Below the pieces are notes generated by a model. The model ran no database searches. It saw only the letters and a program-made list of their open reading frames with translations, and had not been told where the DNA came from. A stretch of 64,000 nt of DNA from Actinomycetota bacterium (GTDB taxonomy: Bacteria > Actinomycetota > Coriobacteriia > Anaerosomatales > PHET01), in contig JAJUJM010000004.1 in NCBI GenBank assembly GCA_029265315.1, forward strand, positions 13,032 through 77,031, read 5' to 3'. Within the stretch, counting starts at the first letter, position 1, and the number at the start of each line of letters is the position of its first letter. Shown here piece after piece: positions 31,545-41,710 of this stretch. A program made the position numbers and the translations under genes.

Positions 31545-33461
31545 CTAGGCCCCCCTTGAGACGATCACGATCAGCATGAGTACGACGACCGCGCCCACGA
31601 CGAGGCGCTGGTAGTTCTGCAGTCGACCGGTCTGCAGACGACGGAACAGGCCACCTATGCCCTTGGACGCGTCCGCGACGCCGTTGACGGCGCCGTCCAC
31701 CACGCCTTGGTCGAACGCATGCGCCCCGTTCGCGGTGGCGACCCACGCCGTTCCGGCGCCGTTCACCACGCCATCGACCACGTGCGCGTCGAAAGCCGAA
31801 GCACCTTCCGACGCACGGAAGTACCCCTTGATGAACAGCGTGTCGTAGGTCAGGTCGAAGTACAGCTTCTGTACGAGCGCATCGTAGAAGTAGCCGAGTC
31901 GCTGCTTCCAGACGCGGGTGTTGACCACCTTCGAGCGTCCGCCGTAGAACCACCACCCGGCACCGATACCGACGGCGGCGACGAGCGTGGAGATGAGTGC
32001 CACGGTCACTTCCGGCCACTTGCCCTCGTGACCGAGGAACTCGGCGTACGTCGGCCCAGCGAAACCGGCCACAAGGGTGATCGCGGCGAGCAGCGTCATC
32101 GGACCGAGCATCGAGCGGTGGGCCTCATGCAGCTCCTCAGCCTGCTCGGGGCCTGAGAAGACCCGGAACCACAGCCGCGTCACGTAGAACGCGGTGAGCC
32201 CCGAGGCCAGAAGCACGAACCCGACGGTGACGTAGTGGTGCTCATGCAGCAGGACGGTGACGATCTCGTCCTTGCTGAAGAAGCCGGCGAGCGGGAACAC
32301 GCCAGCCAAGGCGAGCGAACCAATGGTGAATGTCGCGGTCGTGACCGGCATGTGACGCGCCAGTCCGCCCATCTCGCGCATGTCCTGCGTGTGCGCGGCG
32401 TGGATGATCACACCGGCGCCGAGGAACAGCAGGGACTTGAAGAACGCGTGGGTGGTGAGGTGGAAGAGCGCCGCGACAGCGCTGCCGGCGCCCAGCGCAA
32501 CGAACATGAGGCCGAGCTGGCTCACGGTCGAGTACGCGAGCACCTTCTTGATGTCGTGTTGGACCGCGGCCATGAGTCCTGCGGCGAGCGCCGTCGCGGC
32601 CCCGACGACCATCATCGCCGTGAGAACACCTGGCGCGTGCTCGAAGATCGGCAGCGTCCGAGCAACCACGAACACGCCAGCGGCAACCATGGTCGCCGCG
32701 TGGATGAGCGCCGAGGCTGGAGTCGGACCGGCCATCGCGTCCGGCAACCACACGTGCAGCGGGATCTGGGCGGACTTACCCATCGCCGCCCACAGGAGCC
32801 CGAGCGAGACGACGAGCGCTGCTCCCGGCGCCCACTCGCCCGCGCCATGCAGCACCTCAGCCAGCTCGAACGTGCCGGCGTTGGCCCAGATCGCGAAGAG
32901 CGCGACGAGGAAGCCCAAGTCGCCGACGCGCGTGGTCAGGAACGCCTTCTGGGACGCCTTGCGCGGCCCCTCGAGCTCGTACCAGAACCCGATGAGCAGG
33001 TACGAGCACAAGCCCATCATCTCCCACATCGCGAACGTGAGCAGGAGGTTGTCCGAGAGCACGAGCGCGAGCATCGCCGCGGTGAACAGCGACAGCACGG
33101 CGAAGTACCACCCTTCGCGTTCGTCACGGTGCATGTATCCGAGCGAGTAGATCTGGACGCACGTCGCGACGATGGTCACCACGACGAGGGTCGCCGCGGC
33201 GACGGGGTCGAGCGCGAGACCGAGCTCGAGCGGTCTGCCTCCGACATGTCCGAGCGCCCAAGCGATGCTCCACACAGGTTCCTCGTGATGCCCGCCCGGC
33301 CAGGTCCGCACGAAGGCGGCAAGAGACAGCGCCGCGGATGCGGCCATCGCCGACGGCGGCAGCCAGAGCAGTCGCTTGCGCATCGCGCGTGAGAGTGGCA
33401 GCAGCACGACGAAGGAGAGCGCAGGGAGTGCCGGTATGAGGGCGACCCAGTTCATGATCAC
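31545..33461 (-). CDS. nuoL: NADH-quinone oxidoreductase subunit L
   Basis: 638 aa with HVWLPDAMAGPTPASALIHAATMV and a long C-terminal lateral-helix region. Confidence 0.9.
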   Translation of the reverse strand: MIMNWVALIPALPALSFVVLLPLSRAMRKRLLWLPPSAMAASAALSLAAFVRTWPGGHHEEPVWSIAWALGHVGGRPLELGLALDPVAAATLVVVTIVATCVQIYSLGYMHRDEREGWYFAVLSLFTAAMLALVLSDNLLLTFAMWEMMGLCSYLLIGFWYELEGPRKASQKAFLTTRVGDLGFLVALFAIWANAGTFELAEVLHGAGEWAPGAALVVSLGLLWAAMGKSAQIPLHVWLPDAMAGPTPASALIHAATMVAAGVFVVARTLPIFEHAPGVLTAMMVVGAATALAAGLMAAVQHDIKKVLAYSTVSQLGLMFVALGAGSAVAALFHLTTHAFFKSLLFLGAGVIIHAAHTQDMREMGGLARHMPVTTATFTIGSLALAGVFPLAGFFSKDEIVTVLLHEHHYVTVGFVLLASGLTAFYVTRLWFRVFSGPEQAEELHEAHRSMLGPMTLLAAITLVAGFAGPTYAEFLGHEGKWPEVTVALISTLVAAVGIGAGWWFYGGRSKVVNTRVWKQRLGYFYDALVQKLYFDLTYDTLFIKGYFRASEGASAFDAHVVDGVVNGAGTAWVATANGAHAFDQGVVDGAVNGVADASKGIGGLFRRLQTGRLQNYQRLVVGAVVVLMLIVIVSRGA

Positions 33462-33769
33462 CCCTTCAGCTCCGCGAGCGAGTCGACTTCAGACGATCGG
33501 GCCGAGCGGAAGATGGCCAGCACCAGCGCCAAGCCCAGCCCAATCTCTGCCGCCGACACGATCATGACGAAGACCGTGAAGAACTGGCCGGTCATCTCCA
33601 CCGGCGTCACGTAACGCGAGAAGGCGACCAGGTTCAAGTCGACGCCGACCGCCATGAGCTCGAGCGACATGAGCACCTGGACGGCGCCCTTCTTCGAAAC
33701 GGCGCCGTACATCCCGGCCGAGAACAGCAGCGCGGCCAGCATGAGGTAGGCTTCAAGCCCGAGCGTCAT
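33458..33769 (-). CDS. nuoK: NADH-quinone oxidoreductase subunit K
   Basis: ATG at 33769 overlaps the nuoJ stop (ATGA). 103 aa, three TM helices, with the MSLELMAVGVDLN region. Confidence 0.88.
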   Translation of the reverse strand: MTLGLEAYLMLAALLFSAGMYGAVSKKGAVQVLMSLELMAVGVDLNLVAFSRYVTPVEMTGQFFTVFVMIVSAAEIGLGLALVLAIFRSARSSEVDSLAELKG

Positions 33770-34275
33770 CGCTCGCCCTCCTCTCGCGACCACCACACGG
33801 CCCCCACGAGCGCCGCGGTCAGCACGAGCGACGCGATCTCGAAGGGCAGCACCCAGCCCTCGATCTCGAACAGGCGCTCACCGAACTCACGCACGCCGGG
33901 AAACACGTCGGGCTCGACACCCGGGACCAAGACACCGCCCGCCACGGCCACGGCGACAGCCGCGAAGAACGTCACCGCAAGAGCGAGCCCCGGCCACGAG
34001 AAGTCACGCGGCCGCACCGCGTCCTCGCGGCGTCGGAGCGTGATCATGATGGTGAACAGGTTCAGGATGGCCACCGCCCCCGCGTACACGAGCACCTGCA
34101 TGAGGGCCAGGTACCGAGCTTCGAGCAAGGCGAACAGGCCGGCAGCGGCGATGGACACCGCGAGCAGGCAATACGCCGCGTGCACGACGTTGCGGGCCGT
34201 CAGCATGCCGACAGCCGAAGCGACAGAGACGAGAGCGAGCACGCCGAAGGCGACGAGCGTGTACGTGTCAGTCAT
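33766..34275 (-). CDS. nuoJ: NADH-quinone oxidoreductase subunit J
   Basis: 169-aa hydrophobic protein in the operon position between nuoI and nuoK. Confidence 0.85.
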   Translation of the reverse strand: MTDTYTLVAFGVLALVSVASAVGMLTARNVVHAAYCLLAVSIAAAGLFALLEARYLALMQVLVYAGAVAILNLFTIMITLRRREDAVRPRDFSWPGLALAVTFFAAVAVAVAGGVLVPGVEPDVFPGVREFGERLFEIEGWVLPFEIASLVLTAALVGAVWWSREEGER

Positions 34276-34798
34276 GCTCGGGCTCCCTCGGTGCGTCCTG
34301 TTCCGATTCGGGGGCCGCTTGAGCGGCCTCTTGGACGGGCGTCCGCTCGGGCCTGTCCGCGGGTGTGTCCGCGGCCTTGCGTTTCGGTCCGGCCGCAGGA
34401 GTGTCCGTGAGCAGCGCGACGTCGAGCTCCTCGGGCCTGAATCGGGCGAGCTCGTAGTCGTGGCCCATGCGTATCGCGTCGAACGGGCACGCCTCGACGC
34501 ACAGGCCGCACATCATGCAAGCCCCGATCTGGTACCCCCAGCGGTCGATGTGCTTGCTGCGGTCCTCACCGGTCGTGACGTCGATCCTGATGATGTAGTC
34601 AGGGCATGCGCGCTCGCACGCCAGACACGCCGTGCACCTGTGGGAACCGTCCTCGTCGCGCACGATCTCGACCGCCCACCGCGAACGCTCGGGCAGCTCC
34701 ACCTTCTCGTGCGGGTACTTGACCGTGATCGGACCACGCAGCAGGTTCCGAAACGAGATGCGCATGCCGTTCAGGATGCCGGTGCCCCACACGCTCAC
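34268..34798 (-). CDS. nuoI: NADH-quinone oxidoreductase subunit I (2x[4Fe-4S])
   Basis: This is the C-terminal 176 aa of track ORF 34268..36217. GTG at 34798 overlaps the nuoH stop (GTGA). Two ferredoxin motifs are present: CTACLACERACP and CMMCGLCVEACP. Confidence 0.88.
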   Translation of the reverse strand: MSVWGTGILNGMRISFRNLLRGPITVKYPHEKVELPERSRWAVEIVRDEDGSHRCTACLACERACPDYIIRIDVTTGEDRSKHIDRWGYQIGACMMCGLCVEACPFDAIRMGHDYELARFRPEELDVALLTDTPAAGPKRKAADTPADRPERTPVQEAAQAAPESEQDAPREPEHD

Positions 34799-35796
34799 GA
34801 GACACCTCCGATGAGAGCGGGTCCCAGCTTGACCGCGAGGCCGGTGATGACGATCCACACCAGCGTGGCCGGGAGCAGGACCTTCCAGCCCAGCGACAGC
34901 AACTGGTCGATGCGAACACGAGGAAGGGTGCCGCGGACCCACATGAGTACGGCGATGACGAGGTAGGTCTTGATCATGAAGACGACGGCCCCGCCCACGC
35001 CGGAAAGCAACGCGTCCGGTACGAACGGCAACGTCCAGCCGCCGAAGAACAGCGTGACCATGAGTGCGGAGAAGACGAACGTGTTGCTGAACTCGGAGAG
35101 GAACAGAAGGCCGAACTTCATCGACGCGTATTCGGTCGCGAAACCGGCCACGAGCTCCGATTCGGCCTCGGACATGTCGAACGGCGTCTGGTTGGCCTCG
35201 ATCAACCCGGCGACCAGGAAGAAGAGGAACGCCGGGAAGCACGGGACGATGAACCAGACCGAGCCCTGTTGCGCACGGACGATGTCGGCCAGGTTCATCG
35301 AGCCGGCGATCATCACGGGCGGCAGCGCAGCGAGCAACAGCGGCACCTCGTACGTGACCTGCTGCGCGATCGAACGCATCGCGCCGAGCAGTGACCACTT
35401 GTTGTAGCTCGCCCATCCTGCGGCGAAGATCCCAAGGGTCACGAGCGAGAGGATCGCGAAGGTGAACAGCAGTCCTGCGTCGAGGTCGGCCGCGATGATG
35501 CTGCTCGAGAAGGGCAGTGCCGCATACGCCGCGAGCGAAGGCACGAACACGATCAGCGGTGCCAGGAAGTACAGTACCCGGTCGACCATCCCCGGTGTGG
35601 GGTCCTCCTTGGTCAGGAGTTTGACCACGTCGGCGAGGGTCTGGAACATCCCGGCGGGACCCAGCTCGGTCGGCCCGAGCCGTACGTGCAGGTGACCGAG
35701 CACCTTGCGCAGCATGTAGATGAGCACGACGCCGTTGAGAAGCATGAGCCCGACGGCGGCGAGCACGCGGAGTGTGGCGATCAGAACGGGGCTCAT
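34795..35796 (-). CDS. nuoH: NADH-quinone oxidoreductase subunit H
   Basis: 333-aa polytopic protein with the MSEAESELVAGFATEYASMKF motif. Its start overlaps the nuoD stop by 4 nt. Confidence 0.9.
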   Translation of the reverse strand: MSPVLIATLRVLAAVGLMLLNGVVLIYMLRKVLGHLHVRLGPTELGPAGMFQTLADVVKLLTKEDPTPGMVDRVLYFLAPLIVFVPSLAAYAALPFSSSIIAADLDAGLLFTFAILSLVTLGIFAAGWASYNKWSLLGAMRSIAQQVTYEVPLLLAALPPVMIAGSMNLADIVRAQQGSVWFIVPCFPAFLFFLVAGLIEANQTPFDMSEAESELVAGFATEYASMKFGLLFLSEFSNTFVFSALMVTLFFGGWTLPFVPDALLSGVGGAVVFMIKTYLVIAVLMWVRGTLPRVRIDQLLSLGWKVLLPATLVWIVITGLAVKLGPALIGGVS

Positions 35797-36998
35797 CGGT
35801 CGATCTCCCCCAGCACCACGTCCACGCTACCCAGGATGACGACCGCATCGGCCAGAAGCGTCCCCGGAAGGATAGCCTCCGCCGCCTGCAGCGCATAGAG
35901 CGCGGGCGGGCGGTAGCGCATACGATACGGGGTGTCCGAACCGTCCGACACGAGATGCACGCCCAGTTCGCCTCGCGGCGACTCGACGGCGGCGTACGCC
36001 TCACCCACGGGAGGCCGCAGCACCTTTGGTACCTTCGCCATGAACTCGCCTTCCGGAAGGCCCTCGATGCACTGACGCACGATACGCACCGCCTCGCGCA
36101 TCTCGCCCATCCGGACGAGGTAACGCGCGAGGCAGTCTCCGTCGCTCGACATCGGCACAGCGAAATCCATCTCATCGTACGCGGCGTACGGGCGGTCCTT
36201 GCGAACGTCGAAGCCAAGGCCGCTGGCCCGCAGGTTCGCCCCGGTCAGGCCGAATGCGATGGCCGTCTCCAGGTCGATGGTCCCAACGCCCCGGACACGG
36301 CCTTGGAAGATCTCGTTGCCGCCCAGAAGCTGGTCGTGCTCATCAAGGTGCGTGTCGATGGTGGAAAGGAACGCGTGTATCTTCTCGACCGCCGTGGGGG
36401 TGATGTCAGCGACCACCCCGCCGGGCCGGACGTAGTTGAACATCATGCGCTGGCCCGTGACGTCCTCGAGGATGTCGAGAAGCGCCTCGCGGTCCCTGAC
36501 CGCGTACAGGAACTGTCCCATGGCGCCCGTGTCCAGACCGAAGGTCCCGTACCAGACGAGGTGACTCGCGATGCGGTTGAGCTCTGCCATGAGCACCCGA
36601 AGCCACTGTGCTCGCCGCGGGACCTCGATCTCCATGATCGCTTCGGCCGCCAGCGCGAAGGCGAGCTCGTTGTGGATGCCGGAGACGTAGTCTCCTCGGT
36701 CCATGAGGGTGCCGACAGCGTTGTAGCGCCTGTGCTCCGCGAGCTTCTCGATGCCTCTGTGCAAGTAGCCGATGACCGACTCCGCCGCAACGACCTCCTC
36801 GCCGTCGAGCTCCAGCAGGACGCGCAGGACACCGTGGGTGGAAGGATGCTGCGGCCCCATGTTGACGATGAGCCGCTCGGTGTCGAGGGCGTCCACGCCC
36901 ATCGGTGCGCGCCTGAGCGACGCCGGGACGAACCCGACGTCGGTCGGAGGCGTGTCGGTGAGCCAACCGGCGTGCTCTACGAGGTGGCGCGGGTCCAT
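35793..36998 (-). CDS. nuoD: NADH-quinone oxidoreductase subunit D
   Basis: 401 aa with NMGPQHPSTHGVLR and YLHRGIEKLAE motifs. Followed directly by nuoH. Confidence 0.92.
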   Translation of the reverse strand: MDPRHLVEHAGWLTDTPPTDVGFVPASLRRAPMGVDALDTERLIVNMGPQHPSTHGVLRVLLELDGEEVVAAESVIGYLHRGIEKLAEHRRYNAVGTLMDRGDYVSGIHNELAFALAAEAIMEIEVPRRAQWLRVLMAELNRIASHLVWYGTFGLDTGAMGQFLYAVRDREALLDILEDVTGQRMMFNYVRPGGVVADITPTAVEKIHAFLSTIDTHLDEHDQLLGGNEIFQGRVRGVGTIDLETAIAFGLTGANLRASGLGFDVRKDRPYAAYDEMDFAVPMSSDGDCLARYLVRMGEMREAVRIVRQCIEGLPEGEFMAKVPKVLRPPVGEAYAAVESPRGELGVHLVSDGSDTPYRMRYRPPALYALQAAEAILPGTLLADAVVILGSVDVVLGEIDR

Positions 36999-37462
36999 CA
37001 GCGGTTGCGCACCTCCTCGGCGGTCCTGATGGGATGCTCCTTGAGCAAGAGCGGTTCAGAGCCCTTGGTGAGCAGCAGGTGCTTCGGATTGGGATGGCCC
37101 GACAGCGTCAGGCCGAACATCTCAGCGCACTCACGCTCGGGCATGAGCGCTGCGGGGAAGATCTCCCACACGCTCTTCAAGTCGGAACCGTAGTCCATGT
37201 CGATCTTCACGTAGAGGTCCTCGTCCCGGCCGAACGAGCGCAGATGGTAGACGACATCGACCGCGTCGCCGGTGTCGATGCCGAACAGGTCCACGAGGAA
37301 CTCGAACCCGTCCTCGGACTCCTTCAGGGCGCGAAGCACGGTGTGGACGTTCGACGGCGTCGCGCGGACGACGACGCCCAGCGACGCGACGTCGTCGATC
37401 TCGATGCCCTTCAGCCCGACGGCTGAGAGCGTTCTAGCCAGCGCTGCCGTGTCGGGCCGCAA
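36998..37462 (-). CDS. nuoC: NADH-quinone oxidoreductase subunit C
   Basis: 30-kDa subunit core ([10 protein letters not shown]...VVYHLRS...[10 protein letters not shown]). The start is uncertain. In-frame TTG at 37462 was chosen, which overlaps the nuoB end. The upstream part of the track ORF lies inside nuoB in another frame. Confidence 0.75.
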   Translation of the reverse strand: MRPDTAALARTLSAVGLKGIEIDDVASLGVVVRATPSNVHTVLRALKESEDGFEFLVDLFGIDTGDAVDVVYHLRSFGRDEDLYVKIDMDYGSDLKSVWEIFPAALMPERECAEMFGLTLSGHPNPKHLLLTKGSEPLLLKEHPIRTAEEVRNR

Positions 37463-37940
37463 GGCGCTCCCCCGTCTTCTCGCTGATCTTGTCCATGAGC
37501 CTGAAGAACGCATACTGCACCGACTCGGGACGAGGCGGGCAGCCCGGGACGTAGACGTCGACCGGCACCACCTTGTCGACACCCATGACGACGTTCGGGT
37601 ACTCGCGGAATGGGCCTCCCGTGCTGGCACATGCGCCCATGGCGATGACCCACTTCGGTTCGGGCATCTGGTCGTAGAGACGGCGCACGGTCGCGGCCAT
37701 CTTCTCGTTCACGGTCCCGGCCACGATCATGACGTCGGCCTGCCGCGGGCTCGCACGGAAGAACACGCCGTGACGGTCGAAGTCGAACCGCGGCCCTGAC
37801 GCGTGCATGAGGCCCTCGATGGCGCAGCACGCGATGCCGAACGCCATGTACCACAGTGAATGACGGCGCGCCCAGTCGAAGAGCTGCTCGCTGCGGATGA
37901 ACAGGATGGAGTTCTCGCCGGTGAACCTGTCTATCGCCAC
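37434..37940 (-). CDS. nuoB: NADH-quinone oxidoreductase subunit B
   Basis: GTG at 37940 follows a GGAGGGAG SD. N2-cluster cysteines are present: [26 protein letters not shown]. Confidence 0.9.
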   Translation of the reverse strand: MAIDRFTGENSILFIRSEQLFDWARRHSLWYMAFGIACCAIEGLMHASGPRFDFDRHGVFFRASPRQADVMIVAGTVNEKMAATVRRLYDQMPEPKWVIAMGACASTGGPFREYPNVVMGVDKVVPVDVYVPGCPPRPESVQYAFFRLMDKISEKTGERLAARHGSAG

Positions 37941-38311
37941 CTGAGCGCTCCCTCCTTCCACGCGTAGGCCAGACCGCCCGCGAGAATCGCGATGAAGATG
38001 ATCATCTCGATGAAGACGAACCACCCGATTCCCGGACGGCCGAAGGTCACGGCCCACGGATAGAGGAACACGACCTCGATGTCGAAGATCACGTACAGGA
38101 GCGCGTACACATAGTAGCCGGCGCGGAACCGGACCCACGGCCCCCCCACCGGCTCGACGCCGCACTCATACATCGTTATCTTCTCCGGCGAGGGGGCTTT
38201 GGGCGACAGCAACCACGAGGCGCTCAGCGTGAGCACGGTGAAGGCCGCCCCGATGACGATGAAGAGCGCTATGACGATGCTCTCGAGACTCAAACGACGC
38301 CCCTTACCCAT
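37931..38311 (-). CDS. nuoA: NADH-quinone oxidoreductase subunit A
   Basis: ATG at 38311 ([16 protein letters not shown]...). Contains YECGVEP and [11 protein letters not shown] motifs. 126 aa. Confidence 0.88.
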   Translation of the reverse strand: MGKGRRLSLESIVIALFIVIGAAFTVLTLSASWLLSPKAPSPEKITMYECGVEPVGGPWVRFRAGYYVYALLYVIFDIEVVFLYPWAVTFGRPGIGWFVFIEMIIFIAILAGGLAYAWKEGALRWR

Positions 38312-38600
38312 CGCATTGGCCACCCGGCGCTGCCGGGCGCCGCACCCGCTCGGCACTGCGAGCGTCCGGAGCGGGCATGCTCTCGCCCGGATGCCGACTC
38401 CCGACTTGGGGGGTGTCCGTCGGACACTACCATACACCGACGCGCAAGCTACCAGTCGAGCGGCGACAATCATCGGTGAACGGCTACATTCCGGCGGGGA
38501 ACGGCGACGTCATACCCCGCCTGGTATTTGAGCACGCCATCGCTCGCACGTGCCGCACAGACCGCCGACGGCCTGGGACTGAAGCGACTCCGAGCTCATC

Positions 38601-38627
38601 CAACACGAAAGCCCCCGCGTGGGGGGC
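38601..38627 (-). terminator. putative intrinsic terminator after tRNA-Thr
   Basis: On the minus strand a GCCCCC-cacgc-GGGGGC hairpin is followed by TTTCGTGTT. Confidence 0.5.
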
Positions 38628-38661
38628 CTCGCTGGACTGCGCTTGCGCAGGTGATGTTCTG

Positions 38662-38737
38662 TGGAGCCGACGAGGGGACTCGAACCCCTGGCCTGCGCAT
38701 TACGAGTGCGCTGCTCTACCAGCTGAGCTACGTCGGC
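38662..38737 (-). tRNA. tRNA-Thr (anticodon CGT)
   Basis: Reverse complement folds as a 76-nt cloverleaf: acceptor GCCGACG/CGTCGGC, D arm GCTC-AGCTGGTA-GAGC, anticodon arm GCGCA-CTCGTAA-TGCGC, T arm AGGGG-TTCGAGT-CCCCT, with encoded CCA. Confidence 0.95.
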
Positions 38738-38758
38738 CTGTATACCGTTCTCAACACC

Positions 38759-39955
38759 TCACGAGGCGGTCGACCCGCCGCCCCCGCCGGCCGGTGGCCG
38801 GCGCCTGCGCCTCCGGCGACTGGAACGCGGCTTCTCGCCACCCTCGCCCGCCGACTGGCCAGCGGGCCTGTCGCCACCGGTCGCTGTGCGCTCCGCGGGC
38901 GCTTGCGTCTGCCGCTCGCGCGGCTGACGCTTCGCCGTCCGGCCGTCTCGCTGGCCTGGACTCTGCTCAGCCGTCGACTCCTCAGAGCCGCCGCCCGAAG
39001 GCTTCCGGCGCCGACGTTTCCGCGTCGACGGATCCGGGGCCGGCTCGGACGGACCCGAAGGCTCCGCCGCCAGCGCCGTATCCGCGATGAGCGCGGACAA
39101 CGAACCTCGACTGGCCGCTTCGAGCGTCTCGCGACCCACCGCACACGGGCACCCGCTGCCCTTCGCGCACTCCATGTCGGCCAACGCGACCGTCACTGAT
39201 GCGCCGTCCTCCATGCGGATCCGAACCTTCTCGCGGAGCGTGTCAAGCTCGGCGACCTTGGCCGGACCGATGGGGGTCTCGATGATCGCGCCCCGCTTCG
39301 GAGCACGCCCCTTGAAGTCCTTGTAGGCATCGTACTCGTAGCGCAGACAGCACATGAGTCTGCCGCACAGCCCGCTGATTTTCAAGGGGTTCAGCGGTAG
39401 GTCCTGCTCTTTGGCCATGCGGATGGAGACGGGCTGGAAGTCACCACCGAAGCGCACGCAGCACAGCGGCTGCCCACAGTGCCCCACGCCGCCGATTGCT
39501 CGCGCCTCGTCACGGACGCCGACCTGGCGCATGTCGATACGCGTGTGGAACCGCGCGGCGAGCTCTTTGACCAGGTCACGGAAGTCCACCCGCTCCTCGG
39601 CCGAGAAGTAGAAGACGATACGGTCGCCGCCGAACGAGTACTCCACGTCGACCGGCTTCATGTCCAGACCACGCGCCGCGACGAGCTCCCGGAACACACG
39701 GTACGCCTCGTCCTCCTTGGCGTGCAGCTCCTCAGCGGTCGCGAGGTCATCGGCGTCGGCCACACGCAGTATGGGCTTGAGCGCCGCCGGCAGCGCGGAG
39801 GGCTCGACGTCGTGCGGCGGCTGCACGACGGTGCCCAGTTCCGTCCCTCGGTCGGTCTCGACCACGACGGTGTCGCCCTCCATGGGCTCAGCGCCGGCGG
39901 GATCGAACCAGAGCGTCTTGGAGAAACGGAGCCGGACTCCGACTACCGTGGGCAT
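38759..39955 (-). CDS. PSP1-domain protein (RicT/YaaT-like) with long Arg/Gly-rich C-terminal tail
   Basis: PSP1 core with the Cys cluster GHCGQPLCCVRFGG...GLCGRLMCCLRYE. Conserved tmk-holB-yaaT order. Confidence 0.85.
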   Translation of the reverse strand: MPTVVGVRLRFSKTLWFDPAGAEPMEGDTVVVETDRGTELGTVVQPPHDVEPSALPAALKPILRVADADDLATAEELHAKEDEAYRVFRELVAARGLDMKPVDVEYSFGGDRIVFYFSAEERVDFRDLVKELAARFHTRIDMRQVGVRDEARAIGGVGHCGQPLCCVRFGGDFQPVSIRMAKEQDLPLNPLKISGLCGRLMCCLRYEYDAYKDFKGRAPKRGAIIETPIGPAKVAELDTLREKVRIRMEDGASVTVALADMECAKGSGCPCAVGRETLEAASRGSLSALIADTALAAEPSGPSEPAPDPSTRKRRRRKPSGGGSEESTAEQSPGQRDGRTAKRQPRERQTQAPAERTATGGDRPAGQSAGEGGEKPRSSRRRRRRRPPAGGGGGSTAS

Positions 39956-41067
39956 CGTAGGACCTCTCGAACGTCGAACAGCATCGCCTCGATGGCGAGC
40001 TGGGGGCTCACATTATACGAGATACGGCGACGCGCCTCGTTGACCGCCGCCAGTGCCGTCGTGGCCGCACTGGGTGTGACGACCTCAGCGACCTCGACCA
40101 TCGCATCGGAGGCGTCCGGATTCACCACAAGCGAAGGCAGCGAGAGCGACATGACGAGGCAGTCCCGGATCCACGCTTCGGCCACGTTCAGCACCTCGCC
40201 CACCCCCTCACGCTCACGCGCCGTGAGCTCACGCTTGTGTCGCTCCTCGAGCGCTTTGAGCGAGCCGCGTCCCATGAGCTCTGCGCGCGTCTCAAGCTCG
40301 GCGGTCTGCGCGGCCTTCACCTCCTCGAGGGGCGCCTTCACAGCCGTCAGCAGTTCCTTCGCGGCGTTGAGGACGTCGAGGTCATCCATCACCGCCAGGT
40401 CTTTCAGTGTGGCGAGGATCACGTCTCGGGCCGCACGCCGCCCGGGGCTCGCCAGGAACTCACGTGCGCGTGCGACGACGCCGCCGGCCGCCGCGAGCGC
40501 TCCCGAGGCCTCTTCGCGCCGTGCCCCCGTCTTCTCCATCAGCACAGCGAGCGCCTCTGAGGGGGCGAGCCGCCTGAACCTGACCGTCTGGCATCGCGAG
40601 ACGATGGTGGGCAACACCGCGTCGAGGGTGTGTGCCATCAAGACGAGCACCGTGTCTTCCGGAGGCTCCTCAAGCGTCTTCAGGAAGGCGTTGCCCGAGC
40701 TGTCGTTGAACAGGTCGGCACTTTCGATCAGGTACACCTTGCGAGGGCCCTCGACCGGCGCGAGCCACACATCTCGGATCAGGTCAGTGACCTGTTCTTT
40801 CACGTAACCTTGAGCGCCCTCCGGCTGGACCAGCCGCACGTCCGGATGCACCCCCCTGCGGATGCGACCACACGTCGAGCAGGCGCCGCATCCGCCGTCG
40901 TCGCACTGAAGGGCACACGCGAATGCCTTCGCGGCGCTCTTCTTGCCGGCCCCGGGCGGACCCACGAACAGATAGGCGTGGCTGACGCGTCCGCTCTCCA
41001 CGGCGCCGCGCAGGAAGCGAGTCGCCCGCGGTTGACCCAGAAGGTCGTCCCACACGCAGCGCACCAC
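39943..41067 (-). CDS. holB: DNA polymerase III subunit delta'
   Basis: GTG at 41067/41064 lies just after the tmk stop. Contains HAYLFVGPPGAGKKSAA and Zn module CDDGGCGACSTC. Confidence 0.85.
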   Translation of the reverse strand: MVRCVWDDLLGQPRATRFLRGAVESGRVSHAYLFVGPPGAGKKSAAKAFACALQCDDGGCGACSTCGRIRRGVHPDVRLVQPEGAQGYVKEQVTDLIRDVWLAPVEGPRKVYLIESADLFNDSSGNAFLKTLEEPPEDTVLVLMAHTLDAVLPTIVSRCQTVRFRRLAPSEALAVLMEKTGARREEASGALAAAGGVVARAREFLASPGRRAARDVILATLKDLAVMDDLDVLNAAKELLTAVKAPLEEVKAAQTAELETRAELMGRGSLKALEERHKRELTAREREGVGEVLNVAEAWIRDCLVMSLSLPSLVVNPDASDAMVEVAEVVTPSAATTALAAVNEARRRISYNVSPQLAIEAMLFDVREVLRCPR

Positions 41068-41068
41068 C

Positions 41069-41710
41069 TCACGACCCCCCCAGCGCTCGGCGAATGAGCG
41101 GGATGTCACGCAGCGCGTCCGTGACTCGCTCGGCCACCTCGTCCACGCTCCCGGACGCGTCCACGACGCGCACACGTGCGGGTTCCTCGCGAGCTATCGC
41201 GAGGAACCCTTCACGTACCCGCGCATGGAAGGCCGCATCTTCTCGCTCCAAGCGGTCAGCGCCGCTGTCCGTGGCGCGAAAGAGCCCCAGCGCGGGGTCG
41301 ATGTCGAGCAAGATGGTCCGGTCCGGCGCGAGACCGCCGGTCGCCACCTCGTGCAGCGCGCGCACGCGGTCCAGGTCCAGCCCTCGAGCGTGGCCCTGGT
41401 AGGCGGTGGTCGAGTCGTAGAAGCGGTCGCACAACACGACCTCGCCGGCCGCAAGCGCAGGCTCGATCACCTGAGCGACCAGCTGAGCGCGCGCGGCCTC
41501 GTACAGCAGCAGCTCCGACACCGGTACGAGATCGGAGTTCTCGGGATCGAGCAGGATGGCCCGGATCGCTTCGCCGACCGCCGTCCCCCCCGGTTCGCGC
41601 AGCTCGCTGACGGCGATGCCCGCCGCGCGCAGACGGGCCGCCAGTATGCGCATCTGCGTGCTCTTGCCGCAGCCTTCTCCGCCTTCGAAGGTGACGAGGA
41701 CGCCTCTCAC
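41069..41710 (-). CDS. tmk: thymidylate kinase
   Basis: P-loop FEGGEGCGKSTQ and DRFYDSTTAYQG. 213 aa. Confidence 0.93.
   Translation of the reverse strand: MRGVLVTFEGGEGCGKSTQMRILAARLRAAGIAVSELREPGGTAVGEAIRAILLDPENSDLVPVSELLLYEAARAQLVAQVIEPALAAGEVVLCDRFYDSTTAYQGHARGLDLDRVRALHEVATGGLAPDRTILLDIDPALGLFRATDSGADRLEREDAAFHARVREGFLAIAREEPARVRVVDASGSVDEVAERVTDALRDIPLIRRALGGS

Noticed and set aside
34268-36217. 649-aa minus-strand ORF spanning nuoI, nuoH and part of nuoD.
   Set aside because: Only the last 176 codons (from GTG 34798) encode NuoI, with its two 4Fe-4S motifs. The upstream part is an open alternative frame over nuoH/nuoD with Arg/Pro-rich nonsense composition.
38312-38661. Possible gene or sRNA in the 350-nt gap between tRNA-Thr and nuoA (track ORFs 38199..38531 and 38377..39090, plus strand).
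   Set aside because: The plus-strand ORFs run through the tRNA and nuoA and have shadow-frame composition. The only supported element is the terminator hairpin after the tRNA. The rest is most simply the nuo promoter and leader.
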